A stretch of 64,000 nt of DNA from NCBI GenBank assembly GCA_013239625.1, contig MU053881.1, positions 12,476,879 through 12,540,878 of the forward strand. Direction: 5' to 3'. This stretch comes from Lama guanicoe (Eukaryota). Shown one piece after another: positions 1-12,299 of this stretch (its first letter is position 1; every line of letters starts with the position of its first letter). A program made the position numbers and the translations under genes. The notes under the pieces are model-generated. The model searched no databases and was not told the origin of the DNA. It saw only the letters and a program-made list of their open reading frames with translations.

Positions 1-1814
1 TTTTTCTTTCCCCCTACCTGTACTGAAAATGCTGTATCTGCCCATGCTACCTCCTCTTCTTTCACTTGTGCTGATCAGACTCATCAGTGAACCAAGGATG
101 GGGTTTCAAAAAGAGCTAAGAGATATTGCAAAATACAGACATGCAAAAAAAAAAATTCTAGTACAAAAGAGAGTTCAGGAGGGGAACAAGGAAACATCTG
201 TGATGATAGAATATTGAGTAGTTAATTTTTTTTTCTTCTAGAAAACTGAAGAGTGAAAAATGGGAAGAACAATTTTGAATAGTTAACATGAAAGTTGGGG
301 ATGGAGAGACATGTGAGAAGAATTTTAAGATGTGATGCAGTCGGCCTTCTAAAAAAAATGAATCTTCTTAAAATAATTCAAAGAGTCAGAATCAGAATGA
401 CTTTTTTTTTTTTGAGTAATAGACTATTGTGAGCCTGGGTCATGCAGAACCCCACTTATATGTGAGTAATAGATTTGTGCTAAGATTGGGTAACAGCAGA
501 TGGAGCTCCAAGTTATTTTTTGGTAAATCAGCATGCCGGTGGCAGAGTTCTTTGCTGGTATGAAGAAATAGGCTCTGGGCATCGTCTGGAAGGAGAGGGC
601 AAAAGAAACAGCCACTTTTTCTGCATGAAAATGTCTTGGATATAGGATTTTTGAGAGGGTGTCTTAAGGAATAAAGGAACCAGGAAGATGGGGAGGAAAT
701 CAAGAAACATGATGAAAGGGCTGGGATTTCAAGAAAAAATATGGCCACTGCAAAATTCCCAGTGGTGAAGATGGCTTTGAGAAATTTAAGAACAATGATG
801 TGTAATATTAGCTTTAGAACTGTTTGCTCTGCTGTGCACGCTACAATGGGTCCTCCTTTGTTGTCTCCACCACTGCCGTGTGGGAAAGATACTTAGGGAG
901 ATACTAAGTTAACATAGAACAGAGAGATGATGGCAATAAGAAGCTAGAATGAGTGAGAATAAGACTTCTGTGGATCTCGAAATAAGAATAAGTAGTAGTA
1001 ATGAGACTGTAAGTCCCTAAAATTCTGTAGAAACCTTAGCAAGAGCATAATGGGTTGGGGGCATGAGCATTAGAGGCATGATGCTGTGCAATGGAAGCGA
1101 CATGTGAACGAGAGAGCGCTGCAGCTCTTCTCCCATCATCATTTCGTGGTTATTTCTTTAGATGGTTTTCGCTTTTTTGACTGGTGTGAAAATCCTCCAC
1201 AGTCAAGTACTCAAGAAAGAATTTGCAAAGGTATCCTTTCTATTTGGAGGGAAGTGATAATTGAGTTCAAACAACAACAACAACTTTGTTGCACTTCTAA
1301 CAGTGAAGTTGGCAAATCATAAGACCTTGAATTTTATGGGGCTGGATGGGCTCCTGGGAAACCCAAGACTGAATACCTTGAACAGATTGTTAAGGGGTCG
1401 GCACTCTACATGGCCTCTAGATCAGTGCAGCTGCAGGCAATTTGCAGGAGACTGGCAACGTGGCGTGTGGACCCCGTGGCACTGAATGCTAATCTGAAAC
1501 TATCCCCTCCAACAGCTTTTGCCATTCATCATTTTCACATCCAGATGGCTCCCATTGTCTTTCTAGTCCTCTTTTTGTGCAAAGTGGCTGCTCTTAAATC
1601 ATGTATATTAGTCTTGGAAGCAATTTTATCTTTCATCTAGTAGTCCAATTACCACTCTTTGTAGAAGAGGAAATGGAAACCCAAAGAGGGGAAATATCAC
1701 AGTCAGAACTACCCAGTTACTTAGTATCACAGCTGAGACTAGAACATTTAGAACATTCTTGGATCTCAGCCCGGTGTTCATTTCAGTTCACCAGGATCTC
1801 ATAATTCTTGGGAA

Positions 1815-2047
1815 AACATGTAGCACAGGATTGGGAGTCAGATGATCTCAAGTCCAAATCTCATCTCTGTTATTTAACAGCTCTGGGACCTGGGTCGGTT
1901 AACTCCGTTTCCTCATCTGTAAAACGAGGATGGTGATTGAACTGCCATCACAGGTTGTCATGACAACAAATTGATACTGAGATTTAAAGTGCTTAGTACA
2001 GTGTGTGGTACATAGTAAATGCTCAGTTAATTAGCTTTTATTATTAT
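1815..2047. mobile_element. MIR SINE remnant
   Basis: MIR core 'gtttcctcatctgtaaaa' and tail 'aaagtgcttagtacagtgtgtggtacatagtaaatgctcag'. Confidence 0.85.
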
Positions 2048-2794
2048 AGTTTCAAATCTTTTCACATTAGAAGGTGAAGAATTGGTTCTTTCTAGTAGGG
2101 AAAGAGGAAGGAGGAAGAGTTGGTATTTTGTCCATGAACATCAGCATATTTTGACTATATACATGCTAATACTATAGTTCAGTCCAGTGATCATGGCTTG
2201 CAATGGTTGAAAACATCTTTCTTTGCTAGACAGTAGGGAGACTGAAAAATTTAATTTCTTAAATACTGTCCCACCTGTTGGTATCTGGCATACATGTATT
2301 TGATAATGATCATCAGTGGATCCTGTCACCAACTTGGGATACCAACTATATATACAAGAAACTCTCTTGAATTCATGATACTCTGCATATTTAAGGAATT
2401 GTTTGATTTTTCAAGATTATAAAAATGGCTTCAAAATAAAAAAAACACTCAATCTTTTGTAGCTTCATAAGATAGCTGGTGTATGTAATAAGCTATCTAA
2501 TTTTTAGAGGCATCGGTAATGCATTGAGAAACCTGAAAAAGAAGGCAAATGATATTAAACAACATATAATCCTCAATGTACTGGCTGTCAGTTGAAGACA
2601 AGTCTTGAAATCTTGGAAGGTGATCAGCATCTTGAAGATACTGGAAAAATATACACTGGGAAAAAAATTGCAAGGAAACAATGTTGTTGGACATACTGAT
2701 ATTTACTCCTTACTGAATAGTCTTTCCTGTAAAATCGTAACATCTTTATCATTAATTACAGAAATTCAATTTCCGTGACAACAAAAGCCTAATG

Positions 2795-2973
2795 CAGTGT
2801 TCTCCACAGACTATGTAGAGAGGAATTCAATGAGGAAGAAAGTTTTAAGATTCAAATTCCCTTGGTTCTACCTAGAGATTCTGGCTCAGAAAGGCTAGGG
2901 TGGGGCTCAGGACTCTGCTTACCTAAAACCTCTAGGTGATTCTTGGGCACCTAAAATTTGAAACCACTGGCCT
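2795..2973. mobile_element. MER5-like hAT-Charlie MITE
   Basis: 'agattctggctcagaaaggctagggtggggctcagga...ggtgattct...tttgaaaccactg' resembles MER5A/B. Confidence 0.7.
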
Positions 2974-3556
2974 AAGGAAAGTTGTACTTTGGGAGTCTGT
3001 TGCTTCAAACAAAAATATGCCATAACTTAGGAAAACCTAATATACTTAAATCCTAGAATTAAAATTTACTAGGTAATGATTATAGGCATCTCTCAAGGAT
3101 TTCTTGCTCTATAAAAAGATTTGTCTGTTGTTTTTATGACAGTGAGTTTTTATCCATATGTGATGATTCTTTTTGTACAAATTTGATTAATGCTAACCTT
3201 CCTTTCCCCAAACAACAAAAATCCAAACAAGCAACACATTTCCATAGTCAGCTCAAATCTGGCTCTGAGTTTAGAAGATCCTCGGTATCTAAGTCTCTCA
3301 CCATCCTGCTTTGTAATTTCATTTTCATATATTTGTAGCTTGTCTCCCTAACTATATTTTGAATACTTTCAAGAAAAGGGCTGTAAGTACATTTGCTTGT
3401 ATTCCTCGCGTTCTTCCCTCCTCTCCTTCTTTCTAGCATGCTTTTACTCATTTATTCATCAAAATTTATCAAGTGTCTACTCTATGTTAGATACTATAAT
3501 AAGTACCAGGGTTCAGGGGAAATGCAGGGAAACTAAGATGAGCGTATAGATTATAT

Positions 3557-4100
3557 CAGGGGTTGGCATACTACAGTTCATTGGCCAAATCCAGCCAGCT
3601 GCCAATTTTTATAAATAAAGATTTATTGGAATAGTATCACACCCATTCATTTAGGTTATTGTCTGTAGCTGCTTTTGTGCTCAGTGGCAGAACTGAGTAG
3701 TTGTAACAGAGATTATATGGTCTGAAAAGCCTAAAATGTCTACTGTACCCAGCCCTCCATATCCATGGGTTCTGCTTCCATGGATTCAACCAACCAAAAA
3801 TTGAAAATAAATATTTTTTTTCAAAAATTCCAATAAGTTTCAAAAAGCAAAACTTTACTTTGCCATGTACCAGCAACTATTTCCATTAGCATTTCCATTG
3901 TATTAGGTATTATAAGTAATCTAGAGACAATTTAAAGTGTATGGAAGGATGTGCATAAGTTATATACAAACACTATGCCATTATACAAGGGGCTTGAGGA
4001 TAAGCAGATTTTCGTATTGCAGGGTGTCCTGGAACCAGTCCCCCACAGATACCAAAGGACAACTGTATTTGGTCCTTTAGAGAAGGTTAGCTGACCTCTG
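3557..4100. mobile_element. MER58A-like hAT-Charlie MITE, interrupted by a MER2 element
   Basis: Termini CAGGGGTTGGCA... and ...GCTGACCTCTG. Perfect 8-bp TSD GATTATAT at 3549-3556 and 4101-4108. Confidence 0.9.
3748..4065 (-). mobile_element. MER2/MER2B-like TcMar-Tigger MITE
   Basis: Ends 'cagccctccatatccatgggttctgc' and 'ggaaccagtcccccacagataccaaaggacaactg'. Flanked by TA at 3746-3747 and 4066-4067. Confidence 0.88.
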
Positions 4101-4519
4101 GATTATATGACTGCTAAGGTCCTGCCCAGTTCACAGCACTCTGTTGATGAGTGCTATGAGGTGGAAGTTCAGAGTACTATCCGGGGTATAAAAGGTAACT
4201 CAATTTAGATTGGGGTTTTGGCTATCTCAGGAGGCAATATTTAATCTGAGACCTGGAGGCTTGTACGAGTTAAGGCAGGCCAAGGATCGGGGAAGGGCAT
4301 TCCAAGCAAACATTTCTTGAGTTTTATAAGATCTTATTGCCCCCTCCCCTCAAAGTGATGGCTCAGTAGAATGGGGAAATAAAAATATATAAAGGCTGTG
4401 ATATTTTTTGTTATATGTAGGAAATATGATTAAATGATTTATAGTCTGAATCAGTGGTCTTACGTCTTTTTTGCAGCTAACCAGGCATGTGGAATTAGAT
4501 GCCATTTAACCTTTTAGAG

Positions 4520-4848
4520 GAGGGATTAGCAAACTTTTCCTTAATGGGAAAATAGTAAATATTTTAAGCTTTGCCATACAATCTCTGCCACAGCTACTCA
4601 TTTCTGTTACTGTAGCATGGAAGCAGCTGTAAGCAGTATGTAAATGAATGAGCATTGGCTATGTTTCAATACAACTTTTTTTTATGAATAGTGAAATTTG
4701 AATTTCATATTATTTTCATGTGTCATGAAGTATTCTTGGATGTTTTTTAATGGATTAAAAATGTAAAAAAACATTTTTAGCGAATGGGCCACATGAAAAT
4801 GAGCGGTGGAGTGAATTGAACTGGCAGCTCATAATTTGCAGACCCTTG
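4520..4848. mobile_element. MER58B-like hAT-Charlie MITE
   Basis: 'gcaaacttttcc...atagtaaatatttt...gaaatttgaatttcatat...tttgcagacccttg'. Confidence 0.8.
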
Positions 4849-6719
4849 TTTTGATCTCCTGTTCTTTGCCTGTAAAAATGGGAGGATATTTTCTCTACCA
4901 ACCACCCAGGGTGATGACGATTGGGTGCGAGATATTTGTCACTGCAGTTCTTTGCTTAGGACAACATATTCAGATGTAATATATTGTAATCATTTACAAA
5001 AATGATTGAATTATCCACAATACAGGATGCACAGTTTTCCTGGGAGTTGATGAGAAATTAATTTTTTTCATGAATAATTTTTGCTGAAGGAAGAGAAAAA
5101 TATGAATACATTTTTCATATGAAATAGATACAATTATGGTTTTGTTATTCCTAATATTCTGAGAACACTGGTTGGTTGGTAAATTATTTCCTAAGCAGAG
5201 AAGGATTTGAGCTGATTACATCAACTCAGATATCCTATTGTAGTGTAGTTTTGCTCTTCTCATTCAATTTATCATTTTTGTGTAGATGATTTACTGTAAG
5301 AGAACTAAAGACTGGACTTGAGCAGGTATAATCAGGAATCAGCTTCATTATTTTCTAAGCACTTGCCTTCAGCTAGACTCTTTGGAGTACCTTCCCCAAC
5401 TCAGAGGATTTCTTTTGCAAATCTCAGACACTTTTCAGGTATTCGAAGTCTCATTTTCAGGTATTGTGAATTTGTGTACAACGTAAATCGAAACTTTAAT
5501 TGCTCATCTAATTCAGGGTTTCTCTCTATTCAACCTCTTCCCTTGAAGCCTGACCACTGAATCCCCAGTTCACCAGTGGGAAAGGGCAACGTGGTTCATT
5601 CTTTGGTTCTGCTTGCTCCACCTGGTCTTTCATTCACTCTGCTGCCTCTGGCGCCTCTAAAGTAGAGCACAGAGCATGTATAAGTATGTGTGTGCGTGTG
5701 CATGTGCGTGCATGTGTGTGTGCTTGCCAAGTGTGTGGGCTGAGTTTACAGAGACGGTGCAAAATATCACTTGTCTGGTGCTGGTCAAGTTGACTGCTGG
5801 TGCTTTCTTTCATAACAGGGGTAGCTCTTCCTATCATGGGGCACTTTTGAGGACTCTGGATACCCCATGAGGAGCAAGTCCTGTCCTCTTAGGATATTGA
5901 CATCCCCTTAGCTCCTTCCTGTTGGCTTCGCATTCCTGGTGTCCCTTTGTCCTGAAGCGGAAGACCTTTCATGATGGCTCTGGCTCAGCTACCTTTCTGT
6001 GTGAGCACCTGCCCCTACCTCTATCTACATGCTGGATTTGTTTTCCCCAATCTCCCTGAAGATTCCCTTGCCGACCCTGCACACGGCTTGAGGAGAGAGA
6101 CAGGATCTGTGTCAGAGCACTGTGTCTCCTCCTTATTGAATCTCTGGGTTTCTTTTATCCTGATTGGAGGTGTGTGATGGCCCAAGGGCTACTTCCTGAC
6201 TGGTTAGCAATTCCATCAGAAGTATGTCTAGCACGACTCTGTTCAACATATGGGCGTTAAATACCCATGATTGTCATTAGGTTTCCAGGAAACAACAAGA
6301 AATGTGGCATGTAAATTGCTGTTTCATTTATACATGGCTATTTGTTTTCCCTGTCATATTTTCTCCTACTGTATTCTTAAGCTATTTGAGGGCAAGACTT
6401 CTTTGAGTTTTCTCAATGGATCATTGAGTAAACAGACATTCAGTCCCTCCTGATTACTAAGTCAATGGGGATTGAAGTCAGTGGGCTGATTCATTCATTC
6501 ACTGTTGAATGCCTACTATGTGCCATGCTTTGTTGTAAGTGCTAGGATACAGCAGACCAAAAAGACAGAACCCATGACTTCAAGGCTTTATTTTAGGGGT
6601 GGAGATAGATATTAAACAATTACAGGAGTCTACAGTTAATTTCAAATTTTGATGTTTGCTGTGAAATGAAAGTGCAGGGTCCTGTCAGCAAGTATAAACG
6701 GGAACTTTAAGAATAAATC

Positions 6720-6865
6720 CTTTCTTTTAAAAGATTTTATTATAATTTTTTTGGTTGAGGGAGGTAATTAGTTTTATTTTTATTTTTGAGGAGGTAGTGG
6801 AGGATTGAACCCAGGGCGTTGTGTACAATAAGCATGCACTCAACCATTGAGCTATCCCCTCCCCC
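6720..6865 (-). mobile_element. tRNA-derived camelid SINE (Vic-1-like)
   Basis: Minus strand reads GGGGAGGGGATAGCTCAATGG (A box) ... GGGTTCAATCC (B box), followed by an A-rich tail. Confidence 0.85.
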
Positions 6866-7189
6866 TGAGAATTTAATTTAGATTGGGGTGGTGGGTATCT
6901 CAGGATGTGGTGTTAATTTGAGACCTGGAGGATTTGTAAGAATTAAAGCAGGCCTGGAACGGAGGAAAAACATCCCAAGCTAAAGAAACAATGTGCAAAG
7001 ACCCTACTGCAGGGAGAAACTTGGTGTCCTGCAGGATGCTTTGAATGAGGCAAAAGAAGATGAGTATAGCAGATTGTGAATTAGGGGAAAGAGTGGGGTG
7101 AGGTGAAAATAGAGAATAGTCTGGAGTTCGACCATAGAAGGCACACAGGCCATGAGAAAGGATTTGGATTTTATCTTAAGAGCAGTGGG

Positions 7190-7386
7190 GTATAAATGAA
7201 TCACTATGCTGTGCACCAGAAATTAACACACCATTGTAAATTGACTATACTTCAATTGAAAAAAAAAAACAATCAGTGCTCTATTGTGTGATGGTAAAAT
7301 GGAAACAGTGTTCCCTGCCCTACCATCCTATCCCTCATGGCCAGGCGATGATCCTCAGTAAAATTAAAAAATTAAAATAATTAAAA
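7190..7386 (+). mobile_element. 5'-truncated young L1 3' end with an extra 3' segment
   Basis: 'gaatcactatgctgtgcaccagaaattaacaca...gactatacttcaat' plus poly(A); the same terminus occurs at 41860-41910 and 44383-44450. TSD AAGAGCAGTGGG (7178-7189) / AAGAGCAATGGG (7387-7398). Confidence 0.88.
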
Positions 7387-9111
7387 AAGAGCAATGGGAA
7401 GCTTTTGAAGGGCTTAAAGCCCCCCATTTGCATGCCCAGGTGGTTCAGATTCAATAACTTTTTGGCATAGGAACATAGATAATAAATACAGGAAAGATGC
7501 CTTATTGACAGAAGTCAGTTCCTCAGTCCGGCAAATCCCACTGCATTCAATGAAGACATTCTTCAAAAAGCCCATCATGTTCCCTGCTAGTCTGAGATGA
7601 GATTTGATCATCTAGGCAGAGTTGTGTTCAAAGGACCGTCCATTGCTGTGCGGAAACATTTTAGAGCAATCCTGCAAATTTCAGATAACCTAATGGCGAG
7701 AATTCTGCTCTTTCGGTGGGAAACCATAGCAACGTGCCACTTAGAAGGCACACTATATAATCTGTCTGTTCTTCAGTTAGTATTTTGCAGTCCAGAAATA
7801 GTCATCATTGCCTAATGTGAGTATGCAAAAGGTCAGGCAAATGTTAAGTCCCAGTGACTGTGCAGTTCTCCCTCTAACCACTGGGTGGGGATGGGGAGCT
7901 GCACCTTCTCTTAGGGATGCATGATCAGGTGCATTGGGTCCAGGAAGGAAGAAGAAATTTGGGCTAATAGCTCTGTGTTTCAGCACAAATTGTAAGCCAG
8001 TCCTCAGTCTCTAAGTACAAAGAATGGGGCTGTGATCCATAGAACTGGATCCTTTCCTAAAACCTCATAGGCAAACAGACTCAGTACCCCTTGGTACAAT
8101 TCTTATTAAACTGCAAGATTTACAGTTCAGAGGTTTTATGTCCCAGCAACTTTCATGATTCTGCATACACTCCCTATTTTGCTTTAGGTGCAAAATAATA
8201 ATGCATAAGTTCTCCAGTAAGTGCATGAAGGTATTGAGGAATTTAGAGACTCCAAGCTGCCAACTTGGTTTTCATCACTGTGTCATGGTTAAAAGGGTCT
8301 TTTTTAGCAAAGAAAAAAAAAAAAAGAAATGGTAAGATCTTTAGGGAAGGGGATTCAAGATAGTTGGTTGCAGTATTAGTTTTGTTAGCATTTAGTCAGT
8401 AAAAAATGGTGAAACTCTACGGGAAAAAAAGAGAAAAGGGAAAGGAAAAGAATCTCCTGGAGTCTCCCACACTGCTGCTAAGACATGTGGATGTGTTTTG
8501 TTTTGATGAGAATCACAACCTAAGGTGCTATTTTCTTCTCCTCTCTTCCTCTTCACGAGTATGTTTCTCCCCCTCTTTTTTTTCTCCCTGTGATCTCTTT
8601 GAGTCTTTGTTGCCTTTTTGATTGCTCGTGCTTTGCGCTGGCGTCATTTTGTGAAGTAGCTCCAGTGGGCAGTGTCCTCTGTCCACCACTCTCTCCCTCA
8701 TCCAAGCATTACAAAGCTTGGTTGCTAAGAATATTTACTTCCCACCCTTGTTGACTCACATCCCCACTTTGTCAAGGGTTCACCAAGAAGACCTTGGAGA
8801 CTGCCCAATTACATGGGCATGATGCCTTTGCAGAAGCCTAGGGGAAGAGGGTAACGCTACCCTGATGTAAAATGGGCATTTGTTTTAGGTCTGTACCTGA
8901 AGTGTGGGGAGGGAGAAAGAGAAGTAAGAACTCCTGGAAGTGATGCCCAGAGGTATTTAGTTTGCTTCATTTGTTCATCTGTTCCTTCATTCTTCTTCAT
9001 TATTTGACAAATATTCCTGGAGCACCTATGTACCAGGTGTTGTGCTAAGTCCTGGGGATATAAGACAGACCTGAAAAGACACGGTTCCTACCCAAAGATC
9101 GCGCATTGTCT

Positions 9112-9525
9112 TGTTGGGCTGCACCCTGCTGGCCTTGTAATTGCCCAGCCAAGAGGCTAAAGAAACAGCCCAGAGACAGTGACAGAGACATCAGTGGTTT
9201 ACTGGACAGGGGGATTCACACATCTGAGCGAAGTCCTGGAACTACACCCCACTGCAGATGGCAGGCAGGACAGGGCAACAGTCTTGGCTCCTGGGTCGGG
9301 GGGAAGGAGGGGGAGAGGGAGGCTACCAGTTCCAGGGGGATTCGATGTCAGCTTGGCTTATCAGTTACCAGGGAAGCCAGCAGCTGGGACGGGGGCAAGC
9401 ACGTACGCACTTACTGATTAAGCCCTATAATTAAGAGGATTGGATAGTCACGTAAGTGGGTGTAGGTCAAGCAGGGAACACACAGAGAGCAAGAGGACAG
9501 CCATCTTGAGTGGCCTGACTGTACG
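9112..9525 (-). mobile_element. Solo ERV LTR (ERV1-like) inserted in an L2 tail
   Basis: Starts TGTTGGGC and ends TACG (CA>CG). Near-TSD GTCT/GTTT of 4 bp. Minus strand has AAGATGGC near the 5' end and AGTAAA near the 3' end. L2 sequence resumes on both sides. Confidence 0.7.
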
Positions 9526-10964
9526 GTTTGCTATGAAAAACAAATAAATAGGCAGTTACAATACGGTGTGATAAGGACAGTGAGCCTTGGCCATGTGGAT
9601 TTGATGTGAGCGAGAAACTTTCTTTTGGATTTAGCTACTGAGATTTTAAGGTTGTTTGTCACTGTGGCATGACTTATCTTAACTAACAGACTGGATCTGG
9701 ATAAGAGGAATTATACCTGCCTAAGTCCTCTCTCAAGGCTTTCTTTCATGTTTCAGGGAAAAAGATCTCTCAGAGGCCAGGATTCACTCCACACACTGAT
9801 CTCTCTTTAGCCACAATACTGTAGAAATCGGCCCTTCCTTGCCTTTCTCCTCGAAACAGAAAGCTCAGGTGGGTGTTCCTGCTGTTTGCCTTGTGTTTAA
9901 TGGAATCCTCCTGCGATTTGGCTAAACTTGGCATCGGAAGGAATTTCACATCATCCATTCTCAGAAGCCAGGAAGCTAGTTCTCTTTCTTCTCTGCTTCA
10001 GTGTTCCTGCCTGATGCAAAGACAGCTGAGTAATATTTCCCCTGCTTATGGCTCTTCCAGAGCACAAAAGCGGTCTTCATTTTAACATTAATGAGTTACT
10101 CATCCGATATAACCAGTTCTAGCAAGTAAATTACCCATAGCTGCCTATCAGCGGGGCTAGTGCAAGGTGATTACAAAAGAGAGAGAGTTTTTTTTACTTA
10201 AAATGAACTTGAGCTGGTTTCTTAAACCATACAGACCAACTCTTTTGGTCATCAATCAGAAGGGGGCAGTATAAGAACATGGTTTGCTTATCCCTAACTG
10301 CACAGACTCTAAATAATCTGCATTTTAGAATGTTTTTTTATTAGAAATCACACTGTGTTTTGTGAAATTATATATATGTGTATGTGTGTGTGTGTATACA
10401 CATACATATCCAGGGATGAGAAATTCGAGAGCATTAAAAAAATCCTCCAACATATATGAGAGACTTGGTTTAAACTGCAGGAGACCAAAGTAGAATTTTT
10501 CTAGCAAAGGTGGGGTAAAAGATCGGCTGGAGGAAGGCCAGGCAAATGAGTTTAAGCCCACAGTAGCCTTGTTCAGCGTCTGCTCTTGGTGGAGTGGCTA
10601 TTGAGGGCTGAAAACTTCTATTTGTAGAAGTTAGCTCTCTCATGTTCTCCCTCTGACTGGAGGCAGCTAACGTTCCACAGTCCTTTAAAAAGGACTCCTA
10701 AATCAGCACTAATTTAGCATATTCAAGAGCGCCAACCACTAGTTATTTCGGAATAGGAAGACTGACTCTGACAGGTGTGGAGGGAAGAATAGTGGATTCC
10801 CAGTTTGCCAGTGAGAGACTGAATGTCATCTCATCTCTCCAGACTTCAATGAGGGATCTGGATGAAATAATCTCTGTAGTCTGTTCTCTGTTTGAACTTC
10901 TATGATTCTACAGTCAAGCGTGATCATCCTACTACTGCTATTCCTAGTACAACCCCTGCCAGAA

Positions 10965-11185
10965 ATGTCACTTACTGAATTATTAACGTGCACCAGGCTT
11001 GTGTTAAGCATTTCACATTCATTATCTTTAATCTTGAAGCAGCACTACGAGGTAGACATTATCAGGCTTATTTTGTAGGTGTGGAGGTGGAGGATCAGGG
11101 AAATCAAAGAAATTGTCTAAGGTCACAAAGCTAGCACGTGGTAAGGATATGATCCAAACCCAAATATTGTGACTTATTCTTAACC
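10965..11185. mobile_element. MIR SINE remnant
   Basis: 'cacttactgaa...gaggtagacattat...aaggtcacaaagctag'. Confidence 0.75.
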
Positions 11186-11859
11186 CCTCCCCGCTCTGCA
11201 GAACATGGGTTTTGTTTTGCTGGTTTTTTTTTTTTTTTCTGCTTCCATTACATTAGCATTTCACGTTCATAGGTGTGGCACCAGGCTACAATGATTGCTC
11301 TGTTTGGCCTCCCCATTCTTTCATTTTTCCATGTCTCACAAGGCCCTCTTCCTGCCTATCCAAATATTACTCATCCTTCAGTTTCTAGTTTATGCCTGCT
11401 CTCTTGCCTGACGATTCTATCCCATACTAATCTGTTTTTTCTTCTGGGATTTTATTGCATTTATAATCCATTCCGTGTAATTTAGACTCAGCTCGATATT
11501 GTCTCTTACTTTGCTCTGTGTTTTAAATAAGTTAGCCTTGTCAACATTAACTACAGTGCCAGGCTCTTGAGGACCAAGAACGCATCTTAGTCTTTTTAAT
11601 CTCCTGCCGTGAGGAGCGCGGGCAGGGTTGCGTAACAAGCTGGGGATCAATACTTTCTTCTTGTTTGCTAGAGACAGACCTCAGGCAAAAATGATCCCTT
11701 TTGCTTCTAAAAATTACAACGGTCTCTGAGAAAAATTGTTTTCTAGCCTTGCTTTTTAAAAAAACAAACCCAATGAAGTTCCAAACCTCCTTGGCCGATA
11801 TAGTCAATTGTTTCACAGTGTAACAATCAGAAATTAGTATTGTTGTTATTTTTCATTAA

Positions 11860-12120
11860 TGTTATATGAATAGTTAACATTGAAAGGTTACTTACTACAT
11901 TCCATGCATTGGCCTGGTGTTTTCCATGAGTATTTTATACTCACAGCAGCGCTAGGAGGAGGCTAAGTGTTCCCACTTCACAGAGAGTATGACAGGTTTA
12001 AAGAGATTGAATAATTCATGTAAGGTCTCACAGAGCTAGGAAGTGGTGGAACAGCTGCAACCTTTTGTTTTTTTAAATTCTGAGCCTGGTTTTCCTAGGT
12101 CTGGCCCACTTGTACCGTGT
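11860..12120. mobile_element. MIR SINE remnant
   Basis: 'aacattgaaaggttacttact...cccacttcacagag...aaggtctcacagagctaggaagtgg'. Confidence 0.65.
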
Positions 12121-12299
12121 TGTAAATTAGACTTCCTACAAACGATGATGCATGACTGTTTTTCATTCATATTTGTTCCATTCTATTTAGAAAGCTACCT
12201 GGAGGATTTCATCACTGTTCATCTGATTATTTAAAAATTTTTATTTTAGATTTTGCCTCTTTATCCAAGTGTTTGGTAGGGGAATTGAGGCTTCCTTAT

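Larger units (their letters stand above)
6488..7420 (-). mobile_element. L2 LINE 3' fragment, interrupted by a SINE and an L1
   Basis: 'cattcattca...gcctactatgtgcca' tail followed by the purine-rich L2 body 'gatttggattttatcttaagagca...gggaagc'. Confidence 0.85.

Noticed and set aside
1162..1230. Exon-like 69-nt segment (ctttag|ATGGTT...GCAAAG|gtatcc)
   Set aside because: The donor is weak, neither open frame matches a protein I recognise, I found no compatible exon chain, and it lies in a possibly edited block.
5318..5560. Possible recoding in MIR-derived ORFs (also 1601-1804, 18642-19121 and 22200-22370)
   Set aside because: Some synonymous-looking differences, but I cannot separate them by eye from the ordinary high divergence of these old repeats.
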